Positions 47,721-57,631 of a stretch of 64,000 nucleotides of DNA are shown here, in pieces. The stretch spans positions 12,047 to 76,046 of the forward strand of contig CAZUPO010000002.1 of the NCBI GenBank assembly GCA_964621595.1, written 5' to 3'. The position numbers were made by a program, and so were the translations under genes. The notes under the pieces are model-generated. The model had not been told where the DNA came from, made no database searches, and saw nothing but the letters and a program-made list of their open reading frames with translations. Each line of letters opens with the position of its first letter. Position 1 is the first letter of the stretch. Origin of the DNA: an uncultured Candidatus Saccharibacteria bacterium (GTDB lineage Bacteria; Patescibacteriota; Minisyncoccia; Phycocordibacterales; UBA5272).

Positions 47721-49424
47721 TTAGTAATCACCGTAAAGATCAACAACGCGCCCAACTTCCTCGAAGGAGGTTATTCCTTCCAGTGTTTTTAGTATAGCAT
47801 CTTCACGGAGTGTAGGGATTCCCTGATTTTTTGATGCAATCATGATCTCTCTCTCACTTGGATTGGTTATGAGAACCTTTTCTACTTCAGCAGTGATAAC
47901 AACCCCTTCAAATATTCCAATACGCCCCTTGTATCCAGTACCATCACAATGCAAACATCCAACAGGGCGGTAGAGTTTATATCCAACATCGGGTTTGTGT
48001 CCAAGCATAGAGTCCTCCTTTCCATCAGTTTTCATAACCCCAAGTATAGTGGTGATGACGCGAGTCTCCTTTTCGTTAGATAGATATTCTTCCTTACATT
48101 CAGGACAGAGTTTTCGCACAAGACGCTGTGCCAGCGAGAGGGAGAGCGCCCCCGCGATCACTTTTGGATTTACTCCGAGGTCAATCAGTCGTGGGATGGT
48201 ACCAGCAGCGTTGTTGGTGTGCAGGGTAGAGAACACCAGGTGGCCAGTAAGGGCTGCATTGATCGCAACCTTGGCGGTATCTTCGTCACGGATTTCTCCC
48301 ACCATGATTATGTCCGGATCTTGGCGGAGTGCCGCACGAAGACCAGAGAGAAAGGTATAACCTTTTTTAGGATCAACTTGTGTTTGAGTGATTCCCTCAA
48401 GGTGGTATTCAACAGGATCTTCGATAGTAATAATTTTTGTTTCTGTGGTGTAGGTGGTGCGGAGGAATGCGTAGAGGGTTGTCGTTTTTCCTGACCCTGT
48501 TGGACCAGTTGTGAGAATAACACCATTTGGTTTTGCAAGAGATCTCTCCACGATCTCACGCAACTTCTCCGGAAATGCTATTTGGTGTAAATCAGAAACA
48601 GTGTTTCGTGGATCAAGAAGCCGCATCACAAAACTCTCCCCGTAATTTCCTGGGACAACAGACACGCGCACATCCACCTCCACCTCCCCCAGGTTCACAC
48701 TGAAGCGCCCATCTTGAGCGTTTGCGGTTGTTGAGAGTTTAAGACCAGAGAGAAGTTTGATACGACTCTCGATACTTTTTAGGGACTCAAAATCAAAGAA
48801 AGAAATATCCTCAAGAATTCCATTAAGACGGTAGCGCAAACGCACCCTCTCTTCTTCGGGCTCGATGTGGATGTCGCTTGCACCGAACTTCAGTGCCCCA
48901 GCAACCATAAGTTCCATGATGCGACTTGTTTTGTAGAGAACGTTAGAGGTGGTTAACTTTTCAAATACATCGCGCAACTCCTCGACTGTATCAAAACTCG
49001 CCATGAGTTTCGTCATCTTCTCTGGGGTTAGTTCGAGCATGCCGCTCTCTACATTGGAAAAGCGTTGTAGATCAGCGTATCTATCGTACACGTGACGAAG
49101 GGACGCGTGTGAACACATGAAAAGAAGTATTTGATAATTTTTTTCTTCAAGCGGACGAAGGACCTCCTCCATTGCAGGGTTATCTGGTGAAAGAGAGGCG
49201 ACGTACAACTTCTTCCCAACGAGTTTGAAAGGGGCGATGTTTGCACGCTCAGCATCTTCTTTTGAAATGACAAGGAGAGCGTCTGGTTCAGGCGCAAGAC
49301 CACGCAGGTCAGCATACGGAAGCCCATACTTATCGGAAAGTATCTTTACCAACTCCTCCTCCTCATCTTTGTGGAGGTCTTGGATTGCGAGATTTTGTTT
49401 TTCATCATTAAAAACAACAGACAT
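47721..49424 (-). CDS. pilB: Type IV pilus assembly ATPase PilB (GspE/PulE family)
   Basis: ASDIHIEP, QDGR, GPTGSGKTTT, EDPVE, LRQDPD, TLHTN, two CxxC. Confidence 0.92.
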   Translation of the reverse strand: MSVVFNDEKQNLAIQDLHKDEEEELVKILSDKYGLPYADLRGLAPEPDALLVISKEDAERANIAPFKLVGKKLYVASLSPDNPAMEEVLRPLEEKNYQILLFMCSHASLRHVYDRYADLQRFSNVESGMLELTPEKMTKLMASFDTVEELRDVFEKLTTSNVLYKTSRIMELMVAGALKFGASDIHIEPEEERVRLRYRLNGILEDISFFDFESLKSIESRIKLLSGLKLSTTANAQDGRFSVNLGEVEVDVRVSVVPGNYGESFVMRLLDPRNTVSDLHQIAFPEKLREIVERSLAKPNGVILTTGPTGSGKTTTLYAFLRTTYTTETKIITIEDPVEYHLEGITQTQVDPKKGYTFLSGLRAALRQDPDIIMVGEIRDEDTAKVAINAALTGHLVFSTLHTNNAAGTIPRLIDLGVNPKVIAGALSLSLAQRLVRKLCPECKEEYLSNEKETRVITTILGVMKTDGKEDSMLGHKPDVGYKLYRPVGCLHCDGTGYKGRIGIFEGVVITAEVEKVLITNPSEREIMIASKNQGIPTLREDAILKTLEGITSFEEVGRVVDLYGDY

Positions 49425-49577
49425 GCCAACAGTATAACAAAGGAGTTTAAGGGATTTTCATTATTTTTTGCGCATCTGGGGAAAGGTTGTGAGGAGAGTA
49501 TTTTTCTGGGGAGGTGGGGGGATGTGTTTTTGTAGAAAAAGAGTGTAAAAAAGAAGGGAAAAATAAGGGGCTAGGGC

Positions 49578-49605
49578 TTGACAAATCTGTATTTTTATGT
49601 ATACT
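49578..49605 (+). promoter_or_regulatory. Sigma70 promoter
   Basis: TTGACA-16-TATACT. Confidence 0.65.
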
Positions 49606-49709
49606 TATAGATAAGTTCGTAGGGGTGGCTCTAGGGCCAACTCTCACGAAATTCCATTGTAAATCAAGTAGTTCTAACGCTGCGGGAGACCGCGGAGAAG
49701 GAGAGAATC

Positions 49710-50351
49710 ATGCAACGCCTTATCATCGCGGCGATCCTCGTCGCGAGCGCCCTCCTCGGAGGGTGCGCAGGGATGCCCGGGTTTGGAGATACGGGTGCAG
49801 TTGGGGGTGAGGTCATTACCCTGCGCTGCGCAGATCCCGACCCCGGCTATCGCGGACTACCCAACGGAAGTTGGGTGAAGGGCCCCTGCTACAACTGGCA
49901 GGTCGCAGAGCCCGGCCACACCGGGGGATATACCCGCCAGATCAGAACGGGCTCCAGCAACGCATGCCGTACGGCGATGGAAGTCGCAGGGATCGGTGTT
50001 GGGGTTGGTGTTGGTGCCCTGTCCACCACGCAGAAGAACAGGCTGGCTGGCATGCTCATTGGTGGAGCCGTCGGGTACGGGGGTGGTTACCTCATCGGTA
50101 ACACCTTCTGCAGCAAGAACACCGTCGAGGGTATCCTCGCCGGTGGTGGTACTCGGCCCTCCGTCAAGTACTACGACGGGGCGCCGACGGTCAAAGGGGG
50201 TGTGACCTGCGCCCTCCGCCACAACGACCGGCTGGTCGCCGACTTCTTCGACAAGAAGAAGAACCCGGAGGGTATCGAGATTCCCTCTCAGGGCGCAGGC
50301 GAGCAGTGCCGGGCCGCCATCGAGCGAGTCCGGAAGCAGGCGGGGATCTAA
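49710..50351 (+). CDS. GC-rich lipoprotein with a glycine-zipper segment
   Basis: Lipobox LLGGC; GIGVGVGVGA and GMLIGGAVGYGGG; AAGGAG RBS; terminator 50375-50408. Confidence 0.75.
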   Translation: MQRLIIAAILVASALLGGCAGMPGFGDTGAVGGEVITLRCADPDPGYRGLPNGSWVKGPCYNWQVAEPGHTGGYTRQIRTGSSNACRTAMEVAGIGVGVGVGALSTTQKNRLAGMLIGGAVGYGGGYLIGNTFCSKNTVEGILAGGGTRPSVKYYDGAPTVKGGVTCALRHNDRLVADFFDKKKNPEGIEIPSQGAGEQCRAAIERVRKQAGI

Positions 50352-50477
50352 TTCCCGCCGCGAGCAACAACTTCGAGGCTGGGCCCTGTGCCCAGCCTCT
50401 TTCATTTTTATATAAAAGCATTGCAAAATAAGGATTTTTTAGTACCCAATCCCAAAAGAGTAAAGTATAAATAGGGG

Positions 50478-50506
50478 TTGACAAATAGAACTGAACCTGA
50501 TATAAT
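50478..50506 (+). promoter_or_regulatory. Perfect sigma70 promoter
   Basis: TTGACA-17-TATAAT. Confidence 0.75.
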
Positions 50507-50624
50507 ATACCCATAGACTTAAGTTAGTGGAAGATAGTTCCGGACTTAAGTTGTCTCGTTCCCCATCAACCTCATCAACAAAACCCAAACCGCGGATATT
50601 CCGCGGAGAAAGAAGGAGATCACC

Positions 50625-51314
50625 ATGTTTGGATACTTGCGCGCGCTGCAAGGCGCGCACAACACGCAGTGGCAAGGTCAGGCGCGCGGCCGTTTCGGCC
50701 GTCGCGCGGGGGCGATCACCTTCTGGGCGATCGTCATCCTCATCCTCCTGCTGTCCCTCTGGGGCAGCTGGAAACTCTCGTCCGCGGCCAACAACCAGGA
50801 CGAGCTGGTAGCGAACCTGCGCCAGCAGGTCACTACCCTGACCGGCGCGGACACCCGCGCCACCGTCTGCCAGACGGAGCTTGACAAGAGCAATACCGAA
50901 CTGAAGCAGGTGAAGTCCTTCTTCCCCGAGGGGGTCAACCTCGAGGGGGTCAAGAAGGCCTGCGCGGTTCTCACCCCGGCAGGTCCGACCAGGACCTCGG
51001 TCCCGACCGGTAGCGGCCGTGCGGCTCCCACCGCTCCGACCAACGCCGCGTGTACCACCTGCGCCTCCCCGGCGCAGACCATCCGCGTGGTGTTGGAGCA
51101 ACAACCCGCGCCGGCGCCCGCCACCCCGGTGGCGCAGCGCGAGGAGCCGAAGGCGCCGGTCGTCGAGATGAAGCCGTGCACGTACTACGTGAACGGCGTC
51201 TCGAAGGCAACCACCAGGTTACCCGAAGGTTCGTCCTTCGAATCGGAGTGCCGCCGCTGGACCGACGGCCTCGCGGCCGCCGGCAAAAAGAAATTCTCCA
51301 ACCAGGTGGACTAA
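50625..51314 (+). CDS. GC-rich membrane-anchored protein (TM, coiled coil, Pro/Ala linker, small Cys domain)
   Basis: AAGGAG RBS; hydrophobic segment; terminator hairpin 51348-51383. Confidence 0.72.
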   Translation: MFGYLRALQGAHNTQWQGQARGRFGRRAGAITFWAIVILILLLSLWGSWKLSSAANNQDELVANLRQQVTTLTGADTRATVCQTELDKSNTELKQVKSFFPEGVNLEGVKKACAVLTPAGPTRTSVPTGSGRAAPTAPTNAACTTCASPAQTIRVVLEQQPAPAPATPVAQREEPKAPVVEMKPCTYYVNGVSKATTRLPEGSSFESECRRWTDGLAAAGKKKFSNQVD

Positions 51315-51388
51315 GGATCCACCTAGGGGGTCACAAACCCCCACTCAAGCCGCCAGCGCACCCCGCCGGCGGCTTCTCTTTTTGCCTA

Positions 51389-51417
51389 TTGACATTTCTA
51401 AATAAAGATAGTATAAT
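51389..51417 (+). promoter_or_regulatory. Perfect sigma70 promoter
   Basis: TTGACA-17-TATAAT. Confidence 0.75.
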
Positions 51418-51467
51418 ATAAGAACTAAAGTAAATTTAACACCCATAAGTTGAATTAATTTAAACAC

Positions 51468-53477
51468 ATGAAAAACAAAATTATTAAAGCAAACATCGTA
51501 ACCGCAGTCCTTTTCACGGGCATTTTTATGCTTGCTGTTGGAACCGCGTCTGCGCAGTCTGATGGTTTTGGATATAACTACGTAGATGTACCAAGTGGTT
51601 ATAACTATGTAGATACTTCTGACTACGGAACAACGAATGTAAATTCAGGAACAGGCTACAACTATGTAGACACTACTACTGCCCCTTCGACATCGTTTGG
51701 CTACAACTATGTAGATTCTTCATCCCCATCAACAACTTTTGGTTATAACTATGTAGATAGTACAGATAATTCTGGTTATGGAACGACAAATGTCTATACA
51801 AACACACCAACGGTTGGATACACAGGATCATCGTTCCTCAGCGGCTTCGGAGGACTTAGTGGATTTGGATACACTCCTTCCTACTACTCTTCTGGTATTG
51901 GATACACAACATATGGGTATACCAACTACGGATCTAATCCAACAACACAGTGTCCTTCAGGAACCAATTATGTAAATGGTGTATGTCAGCCAAATACACA
52001 GTGTCCTTCTGGTACCAACTATGTAAACGGCGTGTGTGTTCCGACAACACAATGTCCAGCAGGAACAACCTACAGCAATGGATCATGTGTTGTTAACTCA
52101 GTAAGTTGTCCATCAGGAACAACCCTTGTGAACGGAGCGTGTGTTGTAAATACAACCACATGTCCAGCGGGCACAACTCTTGTAAATGGTGTATGTACTA
52201 CAAACATCACTACTTGTCCCGCAGGAACAACTCTCATAAACGGTGTATGTACAACTAATATAATTACTCCTACGTATGTATGTCCAAATGGAACGACAGT
52301 AAACTACTCATACCAGTGTCCTACGACAACATACACATATCAAACATGTTGGGACGGAACAACTATTCCACTTAACTCAGTATGTCCTAATCAGTACAAA
52401 CTTTGTCCAAACGGAACAAGTATCCCTGTTAACCAAACATGTTACTACGGAACAACATACACATACGCTGTTCCTCAAACTATTATCAAGTTCAACAATG
52501 TTGTAACATCTCCTGCAACACAGGTGACAAACAACTCAGGTCGTTGTAACGGTATCGGACTTATCGCAAACGGCGCTGCGTCAACTGGATGGTTCGAATA
52601 CGGAGAAACATCATCTCTTGGTCGCGAAACAGCGCATGCGTCCATCGGCAACAACCACACTGCACCATTCTCTAACCTTCTTACAAACCTCAAGCCAAAT
52701 ACTCGCTACTACTGTCGCGCTGTAATGCAGAATCAGTATGGAGTTGTAAAAGGGGAGATCGTTGGATTCACTACAAAGGGAACAAAAGTTACATACGTAA
52801 CCCCAGTTGTAAAAACAGTTGTTAAAAAGGTTGAAAAGAAGCCAGAAGTAACTTGTACAGACGGCACAACTTCATGGGTAAAGAACGGATCTGCAACGGT
52901 AACCTCTACTGTACAAGGAGATAAGTTGGTAGCACTCACCGTTGATAACACATTCTCTCGTTACGCAGCAGGATCACCAATAACATACAAGATCTCATAC
53001 AAGAATCTATCAGATTCTACTCTCACAGGAGTTCTTGTCTCAGTGGTTCTTCCAGCAGAAATCGAAATTACAAGCGCAAGTGCTGGTACCTACGATGTAA
53101 TGACTCGTACCCTTACAGCGAATGTCGATATTCTCGGAGCACGCAGTGAAGGAACAATCACCATCGAAGGCGTTGTATCAAAAGATGCATCTATCGGTAA
53201 GAGTGTCGTTACAACTGGATACATTGTTTACACCGTACCAAGTACAAAACTTCAAGACGAAGTTACTGCGTATACTGTCGGATCAATCTCCCCAAGTGAT
53301 GCAACTCTCAAGTCAGATACAGGTGCAAAGAAGGTGTACGATCTAGGCGGAAGTGAACGTAGTTTCCTACCAAACACTCTCGTGGAATGGTTAGCACTCA
53401 TCGCAATTGTCTTCATCGTATTCATCCTTGCACGAAGCATTTATCTCTCTTACCAGGGAGATAAAGAAGGACACTAG
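51468..53477 (+). CDS. Repeat-rich cell-surface protein (GYNYVD repeats, Cys repeats, FN3-like and DUF11-like domains, C-terminal TM)
   Basis: Signal peptide; 5x GYNYVD; 6x CP[SA]GTxxxNGxC; NLKPNTRY; ITYKISYKN; C-terminal hydrophobic anchor. Confidence 0.85.
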   Translation: MKNKIIKANIVTAVLFTGIFMLAVGTASAQSDGFGYNYVDVPSGYNYVDTSDYGTTNVNSGTGYNYVDTTTAPSTSFGYNYVDSSSPSTTFGYNYVDSTDNSGYGTTNVYTNTPTVGYTGSSFLSGFGGLSGFGYTPSYYSSGIGYTTYGYTNYGSNPTTQCPSGTNYVNGVCQPNTQCPSGTNYVNGVCVPTTQCPAGTTYSNGSCVVNSVSCPSGTTLVNGACVVNTTTCPAGTTLVNGVCTTNITTCPAGTTLINGVCTTNIITPTYVCPNGTTVNYSYQCPTTTYTYQTCWDGTTIPLNSVCPNQYKLCPNGTSIPVNQTCYYGTTYTYAVPQTIIKFNNVVTSPATQVTNNSGRCNGIGLIANGAASTGWFEYGETSSLGRETAHASIGNNHTAPFSNLLTNLKPNTRYYCRAVMQNQYGVVKGEIVGFTTKGTKVTYVTPVVKTVVKKVEKKPEVTCTDGTTSWVKNGSATVTSTVQGDKLVALTVDNTFSRYAAGSPITYKISYKNLSDSTLTGVLVSVVLPAEIEITSASAGTYDVMTRTLTANVDILGARSEGTITIEGVVSKDASIGKSVVTTGYIVYTVPSTKLQDEVTAYTVGSISPSDATLKSDTGAKKVYDLGGSERSFLPNTLVEWLALIAIVFIVFILARSIYLSYQGDKEGH

Positions 53478-53516
53478 GAGAAACAATAAATGCCTTATGT
53501 GAGCCAGTGTCAATAA

Positions 53517-53550
53517 GAAAAACGAGCCCCGCAATAAGGGCTCGTTTTTC
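53517..53550 (+). terminator. Intrinsic terminator
   Basis: gaaaaacgagccc / gggctcgtttttc inverted repeat. Confidence 0.75.
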
Positions 53551-53569
53551 TATGGTATTATTGGATGAT

Positions 53570-54028
53570 ATGAGAGAGGTTTTTGTTGTTACAGAGGGGG
53601 ATATCAAAGAACTTGCCGAGAAGGTTTTTTCGATTGTTCGCGCTGATTCGACACCGAGTGCCAAGGTGCTTTTTCTCGAGGGAGAACTCGGCTCAGGAAA
53701 AACAACATTCACAAAAGAATTTGCGGAATTACTCGGCATACCGAAAGAAGATGTTATGAGTCCAACATTTATTCTCAAAAAAGAGTATCCTGCACACTCC
53801 CCACACTTTCGAAAACTCATCCACGTAGATGCGTATCGATTTGCAACCCCAGAAGAAGGCAAGGTTCTTAGGTTAGAAGAGGATGCGCAGAATCCAAACA
53901 CCGTCCTAGCGATCGAGTGGCCAGCGCGCCTGCGGGGCATACGTCCGCAGATGCGCATTATGTTCGAGACGGTTGATGATACAACGCGAGAGGTAACGCT
54001 TATATATGGAGAGGACGCACATGACTAA
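53570..54028 (+). CDS. tsaE: tRNA t6A biosynthesis ATPase TsaE
   Basis: GELGSGKTTF, SPTF, HVDAYR, IEW. Confidence 0.93.
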   Translation: MREVFVVTEGDIKELAEKVFSIVRADSTPSAKVLFLEGELGSGKTTFTKEFAELLGIPKEDVMSPTFILKKEYPAHSPHFRKLIHVDAYRFATPEEGKVLRLEEDAQNPNTVLAIEWPARLRGIRPQMRIMFETVDDTTREVTLIYGEDAHD

Positions 54029-56372
54029 GAAGTTTACAAACACCGTTGTTTTGCTCGACGCTCACGCGATACTCCACCGCGGATTCCATGCGATGCAGGG
54101 TTTTGCAACTCGTGATGGGAGACCAACAGGGGCGCTCTACGGATTTCTCACGATGGTTCTTAGAATCTACGAAGATATAAAGCCCAACTACATTGCAGCG
54201 TGTTTTGATTTGCCTAAGCCAACATTTCGTCACACAAGCTATGACGGTTACAAAGCTGGACGACAAAAAGCAGACGACGCTCTCATTGAACAGATCCAAG
54301 AATCGTACAAACTTTGTGAAGCGCTCTCTATACCCGTGTATACAGCGGAAGGATTCGAGGCGGATGATCTCCTTGGTACTCTTGCGGAGCAACTAAAGAA
54401 AGATCCAAACACGCGAGTAATAATTGCAAGTGGGGATATGGACACATTTCAACTCATTGATGGTACAAAAGTACTCGTCTATACAATGCGCAAAGGAAAC
54501 GAGACGGCGCTATATTCTCGCAAAGAGGTGATTGAACGTTTTTCTTTTCCACCAGAACACATACCGGATTACAAGGCTTTCGCGGGCGATAGTTCTGACA
54601 ATATTATTGGGATTGCGGGTATTGGTGACAAGACGGCGACGGAACTTATCAAACATTATGGAACAGTTGAAAGTGTTTATAAGGTTCTAAAAAAAGACCG
54701 AAACAAACTTCTTCAGGATGGATTCAAGGAGCGGGTTGTTGGGCTACTCGAGCAAGGGGAGGACGACGCCCTCTTTTCTAAAACACTTGCAACCATTCGA
54801 CGAGATGCACCGGTCACCTACGCACACCAAGACAAAGAGTGGTTGCGTAGTATTGATCTAGAAACATACAAAGCAATGTGTGAGAAATACGAATTTCGTT
54901 CTCTTCGTTCACGACTAGAACAGTTGCGCGGGGAGGGGATACAACTTCCAGAAGATAAAGAAGAAGAGGCGGTAGAGGTATCTCAAGAGGACCTAGAAGA
55001 GTTGAGGGTTATGGTGAACCTTCTTCACAGTGAGATGACAAATGCGCCACTTGATGAGATACAGCGGGTTACGGGTAAAAAAGATGTCGCAGGGATGAAA
55101 GAATTTCTAACGAAGAGTCTCGAAGATGAAGGGTTATATGATCTTTTTATAACCATGGAAAAACCTCTCATGGCATGTGTGCGCGAGATGGAGGTAAACG
55201 GGATCACCGTTGATGTTGATCTTCTGAAAGAGATGAGCAAACTTCTCCACAAAGAAGTAAAAACGCTCGAGAAAAAGATTCACACTCTCGCTGGGGAAGA
55301 ATTTAACATCGCTTCCCCAAAACAACTCGGAGAAGTGTTGTATGAAAAACTGGCCCTTGGGACAAAGATAAAAAAGACAAAGACGGGTCAGAAGAGCACA
55401 GGTGTGCACGAACTTGAGAAGATTGTGGGAGAACATGAAATAGTCCCGCTTATTATTGAGTACCGAGAACTAACAAAACTACTCTCTACATACATAGACA
55501 CCCTACCAACATACGTGAAAGAGGATGGGCGGATTCATGCACATTTTGTGCAGACGGGGGCAGCAACCGGGCGCTTTAGTTGTGAGGATCCTAATTTGCA
55601 AAACCTACCAATAAAAAGTGAGTTGGGACAAAAGGTAAGAGGGGCATTTGTTGCACCAAAAGGAAAAGCACTTCTCTCGTGTGACTACGGGCAAATAGAC
55701 TTGCGTTCTGCCGCCATTCTTTCACAAGATGAAAATCTGCTCGATATTTTTAAGAAGGGAATAGATGTTCACACAGGAACAGCAGCGAGAGTCTTTGGTG
55801 TAAAAGAAGACAAGGTAACACCAGAGATGCGTCGCAAAGCAAAGACTATTAACTTCGGGATCCTCTATGGCATGGGAGTGACCTCACTGAAAGAAGGTAT
55901 GGGGGTGGAGAGAAAGGAGGCGCAGGAGTTCTACGATCAATACAAATTTACATTTTCGAAACTCATGAATTATCTCGAAGAAGTGAAGGCATATGCATGG
56001 AAGCACGGGTACACCACAACCCTCTTTGGGCGCAGACGAGAGATACCACTTCTCAAGAGCCCTCTGCCATACTTGCGAGCACAGGGAGAGCGCATCGCCA
56101 TTAACGCTCCGATTCAAGGAACAACAGCGGACATTATCAAACTCGCCCTACTTGATGCGAAAGAATACATCACAGAAAAAAATTTAGAAGATGATGTAAA
56201 AATTTTGCTTCAAATTCACGATGAACTTATTTTTGAAATTGTAGAATCAAAAAAGGACACAATCGGAAAAGAGCTTGTAACCGTGCTGGAGAACGTTTTA
56301 CACAAACGAGGTATCGACAGTGTCCCGCTCCTTGTATCGTGTTCAGTTGGTAAGAACCTTCAAAAACTTTAA
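54021..56372 (+). CDS. polA: DNA polymerase I (5'-3' exonuclease plus polymerase; 3'-5' exonuclease region largely absent)
   Basis: YKAGR, EADD, GDSSDNI, TGRFS..PNLQN, DYGQIDLR, KTINFGILYG, NAPIQG, QIHDE. Confidence 0.95.
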   Translation: MTKKFTNTVVLLDAHAILHRGFHAMQGFATRDGRPTGALYGFLTMVLRIYEDIKPNYIAACFDLPKPTFRHTSYDGYKAGRQKADDALIEQIQESYKLCEALSIPVYTAEGFEADDLLGTLAEQLKKDPNTRVIIASGDMDTFQLIDGTKVLVYTMRKGNETALYSRKEVIERFSFPPEHIPDYKAFAGDSSDNIIGIAGIGDKTATELIKHYGTVESVYKVLKKDRNKLLQDGFKERVVGLLEQGEDDALFSKTLATIRRDAPVTYAHQDKEWLRSIDLETYKAMCEKYEFRSLRSRLEQLRGEGIQLPEDKEEEAVEVSQEDLEELRVMVNLLHSEMTNAPLDEIQRVTGKKDVAGMKEFLTKSLEDEGLYDLFITMEKPLMACVREMEVNGITVDVDLLKEMSKLLHKEVKTLEKKIHTLAGEEFNIASPKQLGEVLYEKLALGTKIKKTKTGQKSTGVHELEKIVGEHEIVPLIIEYRELTKLLSTYIDTLPTYVKEDGRIHAHFVQTGAATGRFSCEDPNLQNLPIKSELGQKVRGAFVAPKGKALLSCDYGQIDLRSAAILSQDENLLDIFKKGIDVHTGTAARVFGVKEDKVTPEMRRKAKTINFGILYGMGVTSLKEGMGVERKEAQEFYDQYKFTFSKLMNYLEEVKAYAWKHGYTTTLFGRRREIPLLKSPLPYLRAQGERIAINAPIQGTTADIIKLALLDAKEYITEKNLEDDVKILLQIHDELIFEIVESKKDTIGKELVTVLENVLHKRGIDSVPLLVSCSVGKNLQKL

Positions 56373-56382
56373 GTCACACCCT

Positions 56383-57012
56383 ATGTTGTACGTACTTGTT
56401 GGCACAGATCAAACAAAACGAAAAGAAGCATACGAAAAACTCGCACATCTTGGTCGGGTTACCAACCATATTTACAGCGAGCATGTTTCGCTTGTGGAGC
56501 CGCTCATCGACGCAACAAGCCTCTTCGGGGATCGCATTGTGGTTCTTATGATACAAACCCTTGAGAACGCTGCACAAAGAGAAATTGTTACAGAACTTCT
56601 ACCCAAATTACAAAAGTCCTCAAACATTTTCATTATCGACGAGCCGCTTGCTGATGCTAATCGGGTGAAGTCTCTTCAAAAGCACGCACAAGAACTCTAT
56701 GATGCGCGCCCGCCGAAACGCAAGGATGTTGATCTGTTCACAATTTGTTCACTACTTGAAAGGAGAGACAAGAAAGAGGTATGGCTGGAGTGGCGAAAAA
56801 TTTCTCCGCTTGAAACAGGGGAGGCACTACAGGGTATTCTTTGGTGGAAATGGAAAACAGTGTGGGAGAACACACTTCTCGGGCGCCCTAGTAAATATAC
56901 AAAAGAAGAATGTGAATTTTTTGGAGGAAAACTGTTACGTGCCCCAATACGGGCTCATCGTGGTGAAGGGGACCTAAAACTTATTTTGGAAGAAATCATT
57001 TTGTCTATATAA
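56383..57012 (+). CDS. Divergent DNA polymerase III delta subunit (HolA)-like protein
   Basis: MLYVLVG start, SLFG motif, C-terminal LEEIIL helix. Confidence 0.6.
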   Translation: MLYVLVGTDQTKRKEAYEKLAHLGRVTNHIYSEHVSLVEPLIDATSLFGDRIVVLMIQTLENAAQREIVTELLPKLQKSSNIFIIDEPLADANRVKSLQKHAQELYDARPPKRKDVDLFTICSLLERRDKKEVWLEWRKISPLETGEALQGILWWKWKTVWENTLLGRPSKYTKEECEFFGGKLLRAPIRAHRGEGDLKLILEEIILSI

Positions 57013-57019
57013 TACAACC

Positions 57020-57616
57020 ATGAAACAACAAGTACTAGTTATTCACGGCGGAACCGCATTCGCTTCCTATGAGCAGTATCTAGACTATCTTACAAAGAAG
57101 GAGATAACCCTCGAGAGACTTCTTTCTAAGGGGTGGAAAGAAATGCTACAAGAGAAACTGGGTAGCGACTATCAGGTCTTTACTCCAACCATGCCCAACG
57201 GTAGTAATGTTCATTACATAGAGTGGAAGATAATGTTCGAAAAAATATTACCCCTCCTCGATGACAGCCTTATCCTCATAGGACACTCCCTCGGAGGAAT
57301 ATTTTTAATGAAATATCTTTCAGAAAACACAACTACAAAAACCATCACGAAACTTATTGTAGTTGCGCCACCATTTGATAACGCTTCCGGTGAAGACTTG
57401 CAAGAATTTGCTTTGAACAAAGAAGTACTTCGTACTTTGCATACAAGGGTAGGGAAAATCGTACTGTATCAGAGCAAGGATGATGTTGTTGTCCCGCCAG
57501 AGAATGCAGAGCACTACAAAGACTTCATTGAAGGGCTAGAATTAAAGATGTTTGAAGATAGGGGGCATTTCACCACAGAAAACTTTCCAGAAATTGTGGA
57601 AGAGGTGAAGGGGTAG
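57020..57616 (+). CDS. Alpha/beta hydrolase, RBBP9/YdeN family
   Basis: IHG, GHSLGG, SKDDVVVP, GHF. Confidence 0.9.
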   Translation: MKQQVLVIHGGTAFASYEQYLDYLTKKEITLERLLSKGWKEMLQEKLGSDYQVFTPTMPNGSNVHYIEWKIMFEKILPLLDDSLILIGHSLGGIFLMKYLSENTTTKTITKLIVVAPPFDNASGEDLQEFALNKEVLRTLHTRVGKIVLYQSKDDVVVPPENAEHYKDFIEGLELKMFEDRGHFTTENFPEIVEEVKG

Positions 57617-57631
57617 GAAACACTTTACATA

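Noticed and set aside
50625-50770. Type IV prepilin signal (RRAG-AITFW) near pilB
   Set aside because: Lacks Phe+1 and Glu+5; cannot be supported, though atypical minor pilins exist
49857-51421. Many overlapping alternative-frame ORFs in GC-rich cassettes (also 14952-15687 and 60692-61238)
   Set aside because: Expected from stop-codon scarcity at high GC; only one frame per cassette has RBS, promoter and terminator
51560-52440. CRISPR-like periodic repeats
   Set aside because: In-frame, degenerate at synonymous positions, and within one coding sequence; no cas genes
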